DNA of 64,000 nucleotides. Origin: an uncultured Gemmataceae bacterium (GTDB taxonomy: Bacteria > Planctomycetota > Planctomycetia > Gemmatales > Gemmataceae). The first letter of the stretch is position 1. Each line of letters opens with the position of its first letter. Shown here one piece after another: positions 1-9,800 of this stretch. The stretch lies in contig CAVVPN010000003.1 of NCBI GenBank assembly GCA_963750165.1, forward strand, positions 2,752,001 through 2,816,000, read 5' to 3'. The notes below the pieces were generated by a model, which saw nothing but the letters and a program-made list of their open reading frames with translations, did no database searches and was not told the origin of the DNA. The position numbers were made by a program, and so were the translations under genes.

Positions 1-2
1 TG

Positions 3-467
3 GCGGCGCCGGCGGCGCTGAAGTGGGGGGACCGGATCCAGGCGCACATCCTGCGGCGGCACCAGCCGGCGTTCCTGCGGGTGGTCAACACGAACACGGG
101 GGCCCGCATGGGCGCGGGGCCGCTGGCGCGGTTCGCTGCCAAGGTGCGGCTCAAGGTGCTGGCCAAACTCGGCGTCGCCGGCTACCAGCCCTATGAGCGG
201 TTGGGCCTCTGGCTGCGTCAGGAACTGCGGCCGCTGGTGGAGCGCTTGCTGCTGGATCCGCGCTGCCTGGACCGCGGCGTCTTCAACCCCTCGGCGGTGC
301 AGGCGGTCGTGCGCCGCCACCTGGCGGGCCAGGCGAACCACACCTACCTGTTGATGGCGATGTTGATTTTTGAACAGGGCCAGCGCGAGTTTGTTGATGA
401 CGAACGGGTCGGAGCCGGTGCGGCCGATCCCGTGGGCGTGCCGGTGGCCCTGAACGGGCCCGGCTGA
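3..467 (+). CDS. Asparagine synthase (glutamine-hydrolysing)-like amidotransferase, C-terminal part; 5' end outside window
   Basis: Frame open from window start; C-terminus 'WLRQELRPLVERLLLD..RGVFNPSAV..H..G..NHTYLL' typical of Asn_synthase-family proteins in polysaccharide loci. Confidence 0.7.
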   Translation, partial: AAPAALKWGDRIQAHILRRHQPAFLRVVNTNTGARMGAGPLARFAAKVRLKVLAKLGVAGYQPYERLGLWLRQELRPLVERLLLDPRCLDRGVFNPSAVQAVVRRHLAGQANHTYLLMAMLIFEQGQREFVDDERVGAGAADPVGVPVALNGPG

Positions 468-533
468 GGCGGCCCCGCACTGCCCGCCCCACCGTCGAAA
501 CCGGCTTCACTCAGGCTCGCCCCAGGAATTACC

Positions 534-1472
534 ATGGCGACTACGTTTTTACCTCCGCCCCCCCAGACACAGGGCCGCCCGAAGCCCCTGCGGATGCTGT
601 TCGACCTGATGGCCCTCGCGCGTCCGCAGCAGTGGGTCAAGAACGGTTTCGTGCTGGCGCCGCTGCTGTTCAGCCCTGTCGCCTGGGAGCCAGCCGTCAT
701 CGCCGCCGCCGTCCTGGCGACCGCCTGCTTCTGCGTCTGGTCGAGCAGCGTCTACTGCCTGAACGACGTGCTCGACGCCCGCGCCGACGCGCGGCACCCG
801 CGCAAACGCTACCGGCCCATCGCGGCGGGGCGCGTCCGGCCCGGGGCGGCCGTCGCGGCGTGCGTCGTCCTGGCCGGCGCGGCGCTCGCAGTCGCTGGCG
901 TGGCCGTGTCGCTACCCTTGCTGCTCTTCGGCGCCCTCTACCTGGCCAACAGCCTGGCCTACTGCCTGGTACTCAAGTACCGCGTCGTCGTGGATGTCCT
1001 GGCGATCGCCCTGGGCTTCGTCCTGCGGCTCCTGGGCGGTTGCGCGGCGATTGGGGTGGAGCCCAGTTCCTGGCTGCTGGTGTGCGGCTTTTCGCTGGCG
1101 CTGTTGCTGGGCTTCGGCAAGCGCCGCCTGGAGGTGGACGGGTTGGAGCGGGCGGCGGAGTTTCGTCCGGTGCTGCAATCTTACAGCCCGGAGAAGCTGA
1201 ACCTGCTGCTGGGCATCACCGCCTCAATGTGTCTGCTCTCCTACATGCTGTACACCGTGGCCCCGGAGACGGTGCGCGTCCATCACACCGACAAACTTGT
1301 GTACACGACGCCGTTCGTCGCCTACGGGGTCTTCCGCTACCTGTTGAAAGTCCAGGAGGGCCAGCACGACGGGCCCGTCGAGGTGGTGGTCAAGGACTGG
1401 ACCTTTTCGTTGAACGTCCTGTTGTGGGTTGCGAGCGTCTTCGCGATCCTGTGGCTGTCCGGTTCCTTGTGA
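534..1472 (+). CDS. UbiA-family prenyltransferase, decaprenyl-phosphate phosphoribosyltransferase type
   Basis: RPQQWVKN, NDVLDARADARHPRKRYRPIAAG, GKRR..E motifs; many TM segments. Confidence 0.88.
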   Translation: MATTFLPPPPQTQGRPKPLRMLFDLMALARPQQWVKNGFVLAPLLFSPVAWEPAVIAAAVLATACFCVWSSSVYCLNDVLDARADARHPRKRYRPIAAGRVRPGAAVAACVVLAGAALAVAGVAVSLPLLLFGALYLANSLAYCLVLKYRVVVDVLAIALGFVLRLLGGCAAIGVEPSSWLLVCGFSLALLLGFGKRRLEVDGLERAAEFRPVLQSYSPEKLNLLLGITASMCLLSYMLYTVAPETVRVHHTDKLVYTTPFVAYGVFRYLLKVQEGQHDGPVEVVVKDWTFSLNVLLWVASVFAILWLSGSL

Positions 1473-1484
1473 GTCCCCCAAGCC

Positions 1485-2174
1485 ATGCACGCGCACCCTG
1501 AGCAACCGCCCCTGGCCGATCCCACGACCCCGCTGGCCGTGTTCGACTTCGACGGCACCCTGGTGCGGAGCGATTCGTTCCTGCCGTTTTTGCTGAGCTA
1601 CGGCTGGCGCCGGCGCCGGTTCCTGGCCCTGCTCACGCTGCCGTTCTACCTGGCCCTGTATGCCCTACGGATCCTGTCGGATCGGGCCGCCAAGGAGCGC
1701 GTCCTCATCGCTTTCCTGCGCGGCCAGTGCAGCGCCGCCATCGCCGAGCACGCGGACCGGTTCTGCCGGAACTGGGTGCAGCGCCGCCTGCGGCCGGAGG
1801 TGGTCGCGCGGCTGCGCGAGCACCAGGCGGCGGGTCACCGGGTCGTCCTGCTGTCCGCCAGCCCGGACGTTTACGTCCCGGCCGCGGCCAACCATTTGGG
1901 CATCAGCGAGGTCATTTGCACCCGCGTGGCCGTCGTCAACGGCCGCTGTGACGGGGCGCTGGAGGGCGGCAACTGCAAGGGGCCCGAGAAGGTGGCGGCA
2001 CTCCGGCGCTACCTTGGGGCGGACTCCCCGCCGCCGGCGTCGTGGGCGTACGGCGACTCGAAGAGTGATCTGCCCGTGTTGAACTGGGTGGGCGAGGGCT
2101 GGTTGGTGCGGCGCAAACGCCTGGTCCGCCTGAGCCCGACCGACCGTATCGTCGGGAACCCTGTCGGGGTGTGA
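1485..2174 (+). CDS. HAD-IB family phosphatase
   Basis: DFDGTL motif I, LSAS motif II, NCKGPEK, AYGDSKSD motif IV. Confidence 0.9.
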   Translation: MHAHPEQPPLADPTTPLAVFDFDGTLVRSDSFLPFLLSYGWRRRRFLALLTLPFYLALYALRILSDRAAKERVLIAFLRGQCSAAIAEHADRFCRNWVQRRLRPEVVARLREHQAAGHRVVLLSASPDVYVPAAANHLGISEVICTRVAVVNGRCDGALEGGNCKGPEKVAALRRYLGADSPPPASWAYGDSKSDLPVLNWVGEGWLVRRKRLVRLSPTDRIVGNPVGV

Positions 2175-2210
2175 CTGGCTAGGCGGTCGAACCTTGTTGA
2201 GGGCGGTGCG

Positions 2211-3686
2211 ATGGGCATGCGCTGGCTGTTCAGTGTGCGCGGGCTTGCGCAACTTTTCGGGATCCTGTTCTGCCTCCACTGGGGCTGCACGATGCTCGCC
2301 TTCCCGCTCTACAAGGGCCGACTGGAAGGATACGCCCCGGTCGTCCTGGGGTTGCTGGTGGGCGGGGCCCTCTGTGTGCCCGGGGTGCGCCAGGGACTAT
2401 CCCGGTGGTTGCTCGCCTGGCCGAAGACACGCTTCCTCCTCGGCCTGGTGGTGCTCGCGCTGGCCCTGCGCCTGGCCGCCATCCTGGTGTTCCCCGTCGA
2501 ACCCGTCAACGACCACCGATACTTCCACCGCTATGCGGTCAACCTGCTCGACGGCAAGGGCTACGGCGGCATCCCCTGGCCGCACCTCCGTCACCTCGAT
2601 GGCAACGGCGGCCTCCGGGCGTTCTACCCGCCCGGCATGACCTTCCTGCTCGCCGCCTGGTATCAGTTGACCGGCGCGGGAGCGATCAGCGGGAAGGTGT
2701 TGAACTGCCTGATCGGCACCGGCATGGTGCTGCTCCTGTACGACATCGGCCGGCGCCTGCGGGGGAACCTGGTCGGTCGCTGGGCCGGGTTGACTGCGGC
2801 GGTCCTGCCCACCCTGGTATTCTACAGCGCCTCGCTGGGCTATGAAATCGTGCTGGGAACCCTTTTCTGCCTTGTCCTGGAGATCACGCTCATCTGTCAG
2901 GAACGGGTGAGGTGGTATCACGCGCTGGCGCTCGGCCTCGTCCTTGGGTTCGGCACGCTCGTCAAGCCGGTGTGCCTGCTCGTGCCGGGACTGCTGCTGG
3001 TCTGGTGGCTGTGGCTGGGGTTGGGATGGCGGTCCCTGGCCTGGACCGCGGTCGTCCTGGTCGTTCAGGCGGCCGTCGTGGCGCCCTGGACGGTGCGGAA
3101 TTACTACACCTTCCACCAGTTCGTGCCCGTCTCGACGAACGGGGGGTACGTCCTTTACAGCGCGAACAACCCCGAGTCGTACGGCTTCCACATGCCGGTA
3201 GAGCCGCTCCCTGGGGAGACGGACGAGGTGGCGATGGACCGGGCACGTTCGCGGGCGGCGGTGAGCTGGATCCTGGCCCACCCGGCCGACTTCCTCCGAC
3301 TGGCTGCGATGAAGACGACCATCACCTGGGGGACGGCGAGCACCATTATGTCCTTCCTGTCCTGCGACCGGATGACGGATCGGGAAGAACAGGTGTGCAT
3401 GGCGACACTGAACACCGCCTGGACCGCCCTGCTCGTGGTGTGTTTCTTCGCCACCTGCCGAGCCCCGCTGTGGGGGGAGCGGCGCTTCCTGTTGGCCCTG
3501 CTACTATTGGTCTACCTGGCTGGGTTGCAACTCGTGTTCGAGGCCGAGAGTCGGCACCACATCCCCGCACTGGCCCCCCTGCTCCTGGTCGCCGCCAACG
3601 GCCTGGCGGCGCCCCCGCGCCGCCTCCCCCTCCGTGAAGCCACGGTCCAATCCCACACCGAACTCTCGTCGCTCCAGTCCTGCTGA
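2211..3686 (+). CDS. GT-C fold (ArnT/PMT-like, GT39-type) membrane glycosyltransferase
   Basis: Polytopic; ND..YF..YA.NL..GKGY, FYPPG, LVKP, PWTVRNY..FHQFVPVSTNGG, ESRHH.P. Confidence 0.8.
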   Translation: MGMRWLFSVRGLAQLFGILFCLHWGCTMLAFPLYKGRLEGYAPVVLGLLVGGALCVPGVRQGLSRWLLAWPKTRFLLGLVVLALALRLAAILVFPVEPVNDHRYFHRYAVNLLDGKGYGGIPWPHLRHLDGNGGLRAFYPPGMTFLLAAWYQLTGAGAISGKVLNCLIGTGMVLLLYDIGRRLRGNLVGRWAGLTAAVLPTLVFYSASLGYEIVLGTLFCLVLEITLICQERVRWYHALALGLVLGFGTLVKPVCLLVPGLLLVWWLWLGLGWRSLAWTAVVLVVQAAVVAPWTVRNYYTFHQFVPVSTNGGYVLYSANNPESYGFHMPVEPLPGETDEVAMDRARSRAAVSWILAHPADFLRLAAMKTTITWGTASTIMSFLSCDRMTDREEQVCMATLNTAWTALLVVCFFATCRAPLWGERRFLLALLLLVYLAGLQLVFEAESRHHIPALAPLLLVAANGLAAPPRRLPLREATVQSHTELSSLQSC

Positions 3687-3752
3687 CCGGGGCGGGGATC
3701 GCACTCTGGCCACGGGCCGGCGAACGGTAGCCTTCCAGATGGTTTTGAACCC

Positions 3753-3778
3753 GGGGCCGGTCGGCGACGACCGGCCCC
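3753..3778. terminator. GC-rich hairpin between convergent genes
   Basis: GGGGCCGGTCG-GCGA-CGACCGGCCCC: 11-bp stem, GNRA loop, no U-tract. Confidence 0.45.
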
Positions 3779-3800
3779 TGGGATCGATTGGGAATGACGA

Positions 3801-6800
3801 TTAGATTTGGCTGAAGGCGAAGCCGTTCTGAATGTCATTGAGCTGTGGCGCCAGCCAATTCAGGGCGGCCTGCGCCGCCGCCGCGTCTGGCCCCCCCTGG
3901 TGGATCAGCATCATCATTGCCATCCGGGCGTCCTGGCCGTAGTTGGTGAAGGCGACCGGCGGGTCCACGGTCCCGTTCGACTCGTTGTAGGTCGCGTTGA
4001 ACACCTGCTGGAGGTTGGTGAAATACGTAACGTGCCCCGAACTGTCGATGGTGCCGATTTGCGGGTAGTAGGGCGCAGCGTACGCCTCCGGGAAGTTCGG
4101 GCTGGTGAACAGGCTCAACTGGAACTCGTTCAGTTTGGTTTCCAGAATCTGGCCGCCGGTGAAACCCTGGTCAGCCGCGTGCTGGAGTGCCCACGCGAGG
4201 TAGTCGTCCTGCCACACGGACACAACGGGTTGTCCTTGCGCGATCGGACCCATGGCAACCCCCGCGTTCATCTCGAAATACGTGCCCAGCGGCGTGACGT
4301 GGGCGACGGCATACTGGTCGGCCCAGGTCAGGTTGTTTTCCAACTTCTGGACGAGGTAGGCCTTGTTCGGGTCAGCGTCGGGCAGGTAAGCGGCGGCGTC
4401 GGTGAGGTTGCGCAGCGGCCAGGCGGTGCCGCGTGGCGCGCCGGCATATTGGTTGGTGAGGCTCAGGTCGTTGGGCCCGTTGGCGAAGTCCCCAAAGAGG
4501 AGGCCCTCGCTGCCATTGCGCGTGTAGAAAGGCTGAGAGCCCAGCAGGCTATAGTTGGCCCAGAACTTCATCTCGTCGGCGTAGAAGCGGTCCCCGGTCA
4601 ACAGGTAGGGCACGTACGCCAGCGACGGTTGGTGCTGTTTGTCCGGTTCGAGCGGCCCCAGGGCCGTCGAAGACAGGTCTCCATGCGGCTGGTCGGCCAC
4701 TGGGGTATCGGAATACTGGCCGCGCTGGTCCAGCCAGAATTGCGGGTGGTTGTCGATGGTGACCAACGAGCCGTCGGCCTCGCGGATGTGGACCGGTTGC
4801 GAGCCGGCCAGGTTGCCGTTGGCCAGGATAAACGCCTTCTTGTTCTGGTCGGGATGGACCAGGTACTCGGCCACCCAGTCGGGGTAGGGCGCCAGCTCGG
4901 GACGGCCGCCGGGCGCTCCCATTGCGTCGTACGCCAGGCCACCGCGTTCCTCGATATCGAAGGTTGGGCCGGTGGTCGAGTACTGCACGTCGGGCACCGA
5001 GGACAGGTACTGCGGCAGCGCGTTGGCCTCGAAGTCTTTTTGCAGATCCGGCGTCGATTCGGCCTCGGTGAAGTTGAGGTCGAACGTCTCCCGCCAGCGC
5101 GTCAGGTAGTAGTCGTTAAACGTGTCGTGGTGGTAGAGGTTCTGACCATTGTAGTAGATGTCGGCGGAGGTGGCGATCACCGTGTCGCCCGTCACGTTCA
5201 GGTCGTTCTCAACCGTCACGTCCAGGCGGGTGGAGCCGTCCACGTATGAGCGGATGTCGAAGATCACGCGCAGGTACGGTTGCAGGGTGCCGTCGGCGGC
5301 AACCGGGTCCACGGTGAACCGCTGCTCCTTGACCAGCGGGCCGTTCAGCCACAGGTCGTTCGACTGCGTAGAGGGCACCGCGGCGGTGTACACGGTGCCG
5401 CCGATGTTGAACGACACCGAGGCATTGGGCAGCGTCGGCGTGAGGGCGGGGCCGGTCAGAGCGGGGGCCGCCGACAGGGGGAACACGCCCGCGGTGGTCG
5501 CGTGGACGGTCACGTCCGCGAAGCGGATCGAGCCGTCCGACCAGCGGGTCTGCACGTCGGTCTGGGTGGGCATGGTGCCGACCTGGACCCCCGTGGTGGC
5601 GAAGCCATCGGGCAGCGCCTGACCGAAGGTGGCCCAGCCCGGCGTCAGGGTGACCCCTTCTGTGTTGGTAACCACGGCGGTTGTGGTGGAGGTGACATTG
5701 ATCCCGTCCGAGTCCGTGACCGTCATCGTCACGTTGAAATTGCCGGCCGTGGCGTAGGTGTGGCTCGGCGAAGCCCCGGTGCTGGTGGTGCCGTCGCCGA
5801 AGTTCCAGGTGAACGTGTAGCCGGCCGCCGTGTCCGCCGGGTTCGGGTCCGTGACTGAGGGAGTAAAGACCGTGGGGTCGCCCAGGTAGTTGGTGTATGG
5901 GCCGCTCATGTTCACGGTCGGCGCCGTGTCGGTGGCGGTGATCGTATCGGTGCTGCTGAAGGTGATGCCGTTTTGGTCGGTGGCGGTCAGCGTGACGGCG
6001 AAGGAGCCGTGGTCGTCGGGAGTGAAAGTGAACTGCGCGCCGCTGCCGGTGGCGAAGGCAGTGCCGTTCTTGAGCACCTGCCAGGTGTACGTGTAGGTCG
6101 CCCCCGCGGGCGGGTTGCTGACGCTGCCGGTCAACGCGATCGCCGTGCCTGCCGGGCTCTGCCCCGACGCCGGCGCCCCCGTGATCTGCGCCTGCAGCCC
6201 CGCTTGGGTCACGGTGACGGTGGTCTGGGCCGCGGCGGAGCCGCCTTCCTGGTCCGTGACCGTCACGGTGACGGTGAAGGTGCCACCGCTGGCGTACGCA
6301 TGGCTCGGGGTGCTGGTGGCGGTGGCGGTGGTGCCGTCGCCAAAGTTCCAGTTGTAGCTGAAGCCGGCCGCCGTGTCCACCGCGCTCGGGTCCGTGGCGC
6401 TGGCGGTGAAGGCGACGCCGGTGCCCGCGATGCCCGTGTAGGGGCCGCCGAGGGTCACGGTCGGCGCCACGTAGTCGGCGGTGATCGTATCGGTGCTGCT
6501 GCCGGTGTCGCCGGACTGGTCGGTGGTCGTCAGCGTGACGGCGTACGAGCCGCGGTCGTTGGGGGTGAAAATGAACAGCGATCCGATGCCGGTGGCGAAG
6601 GTGGCGCCATTCTCGATCACGTGCCAGGCGTATGTGTAGGTGGACCCCGCGGTCGGGTTGCTGACGCTGCCGGTCAACGTAATCGCCGTGCCCGCCGGAC
6701 TGTGTGCCGATGCCGGCGCCCCCGTGATCTGCGCCTGAAGAGCCTGACCGGACCCGGTGGTGCCGGTTCCGGTGCCAGTGCCAGTCCCGGTTCCGGTTCC

Positions 6801-9800
6801 GGTGCCAGTCCCGGTTCCGGTGCCAGTCCCGGTGCCAGAGCCGGTGCCGCTGCCGGTGCCGGTGCCGGACCCGGTGCTGGTGGTCTGGTTGGTCACGGTA
6901 ACGGTGGTCTGGGCCGTGGCGGAGCTGCCGTTGTTCGTGACGATCAGGGTGACGGTGAAGGTGCCAGCGCTGGTGTAGCCGTGGCTCATGGTGGCGATGG
7001 TAGTGGTGGCGGAGGTGCCGTCGCCGAAGTTCCAGTTGTAGGTGAAGCCGGTCGCCGTGTTCGGGTCCGTGACAGAGACGGTGAAGGCGATGCTGGAGCC
7101 GACGACGCCCGCGTAAGGACCGCCGATGTTCGCGGTTAGCGCCACGTTGTCGGCGCTGACCGTCGTGCTGGTGCTGCTTTGCTGGCCGGCCTGGTTGGTG
7201 ACGGTCAGGGTGGCCACGTAGGTGCCGGTGGCGTCGGGGGTGAAGGTGAACTGCGCGCCGCTGCCGGTGGCAAAGACAGTGCCATTCTTGAGCACCTGCC
7301 AGGCGTCGGTATACGTCGCCCCCGACTGCGGGTTGCTGACGCTGCCTTGCAGCGTGACAGACGTGCCCTCCGGGCTGTGCCCCGATGTCGGCGCCCCCGT
7401 GATATGCGCCTGAGGGGCGGGGGCGGCGGCCACGGTGACGGTGGTCTGGGCGGTGCTGGCGGTGCCGTCCTGGTCCGTGACGGTCAGGTTGACGGTAAAG
7501 GCGCCACTGTTGACGTAGGTGTGGCTCGAGGTGGCGCCGGTGGCGGAGGTGCCGTCGCCGAAGTTCCAGCTGTAGGAGAAGCCGGCCGCCGTGTCGGCCG
7601 GGTTCGGGTCGGTGGCGCTGGCGGCGAAGGCGATACTGGTGCCCGCGACGCCCGCGTAGGGACCGCCAATGTTCGCGGTCGGGGCCACGTCGTCCGCGGT
7701 GATCGTATCGGTGCTGCTGCCGCTGTTGCCCAGCTGATTGGTGGCCGTCAGCGTGACGGCGAAGGAGCCGCGGTCGTTGGGGGTGAAGGTGAACTGCGAT
7801 CCGTTGCCGGTGGCAAAGGGGGCGCCGTTCTTGAGCACTTGCCAGACGTACGTGTAGGTGGACCCCGCGAGCGGGTTACTGACGCTGCCAGTCAACGTGA
7901 TCGGCGTGCCCGCCGGGCTGTGCCCCGACGTCGGCGCCCCCGTGATCTGCGCCTGAGGGACGGGGGCGGCGGCGGCCACGGTGACGGTGGTCTGGGCGGT
8001 GCTGGCGGTGCCGTCCTGGTCCGTGACGGTCAGGTTGACGGTGAAAGAGCCGCCGCTGACGTAGGTGTGGCTCGAGGTGGCGCCGGTGGCGGAGGTGCCG
8101 TCGCCGAATTTCCAGCTGTAGGAGAAGCCGGCCGCCGTGTCGGCCGGGTTCGAGTCGGTGGCGCTGGCGGCGAAGGCGATACTGGTGCCCGCGACGCCCG
8201 CGTAGGGACCGCCAATGTTCGCGGTCGGGGCCACGTCGTCCGCGGTGATCGTATCAGTGCTGCCGAGCGTGGCGCCAAACTGGTTGGTGGCGGTTAGCGT
8301 GACGGCGAAGGAACCGCGGTCGTCGGGGGTGAAGGTGAACTGCGATCCGATGCCGGTGGCGAAGGCGGCGCCATTCTTGAGCACCTGCCAGGCGTACGAG
8401 TAGGTGGCCCCCCCCGCGGGCGGGTTACTGATGCTGCCGGTCAACGTGATCGGCGTGCCCGCCGGGCTGTCCCCCGACATCGGCGCCCCCGTGATCTGCG
8501 CCTGAGGGGCGGGGGTCACGGTGACGGCGGTCTGGGCAGTGCTGGCGGTGCCGGCCTGGTCCGTGACGGTCAGGATGACGGTAAAGGTGCCACTGTTGAC
8601 GTAGGTGTGGCTCGGGGAGGCGCCGAAGGCGATGGCGCCGTCGCCGAAGTTCCAGCTGTAGGAGAAGCCGGCCGCCGTGTCGGCCGGGTTCGGGTCGGTG
8701 GCGCTGGCGGCGAAGGCGATGTCAGTGCCCACGACGCCTGCATAGGGACCGCCTAGGTTCGCGGTCGGGGCCACGTCATCCGCGGTGATCGTATCGATGC
8801 TGCTGAGCGTGGCGCCGAACTGGTCGGTGGCCGTCAGCGTGACGGCGAACGAGCCGCGGTCGTCGGGAGTGAAGGTGAACTGCGGGCCGCTGCCGGTGAC
8901 GAAGGCGGCGCCGTTCTGGAGCACCTGCCAGGTGTACGCATAAGTGGACCCCTGCTGCGGGTTGCTGACGCTGCCGGTCAACGTGATCGCCGTGCCTGCC
9001 GGGCTGTGCCCCGACGCCGGCGCCCCCATGATCTGCGCCTGAGGAGCGGGAGCCACGGTGACGGTGGACTGGGCGGTGCTGGCGGTGCCGGCCTGGTCCG
9101 TGACGGTCAGGATGACGGTAAAGGCGCCACTGTTGACGTAGGTGTGGCTCGGGGAGGCGCCGGTGGCGGAGGTGCCGTCGCCGAAGTTCCAGCTGTAGGA
9201 GAAGCCGGCCGCCGTGTCGGCCGGGTTCGGGTCGGCGGCGCTGGCGGCGAAGGCGATACTGGTGCCCGCGACGCCCGCGTAGGGACCGCCAATGTTCGCG
9301 GTCGGGGCCACGTCGTCCGCGGTGATCGTATCGGTGCTGCTGAGTGTGGCGCCGGTTTGGTTGGTGGCGGTCAGCGTGACGGCGAACGAGCCGCGGTCGT
9401 CGGGGGTGAAGGTGAACTGCGATCCGTTGCCGGTGGCGAAGGTGACGCCGTTCTTGAGCACTTGCCAGGCATACGTGTAGGTGGACCCCGCGAGCGGGTT
9501 ACTGACGCCGCCGGTCAACGTGATCGGCGTGCCCGCCGGGCTGTGCCCCGACATCGGTGCCCCCGTGATCTGCGCCTGAGGAGCGGGAGTCACGGTGACG
9601 GTGGTCTGGGCGGTGCCGGCGGTGCCAAGTTGGTCCGTGACGGTCAGGTTGACGGTAAAGGTGCCACCGTTGAGGTAGGTGTGGCTCGGGGAGGCGCCGG
9701 TGGCGGAGGTGCCGTCACCGAAGTTCCAGCTGTAGGAGAAGCCGGCCGCCGTGTCGGCCGGGTTCGAGTCGGTGGCGCTGGCGGCGAAGGCGATACTGGT

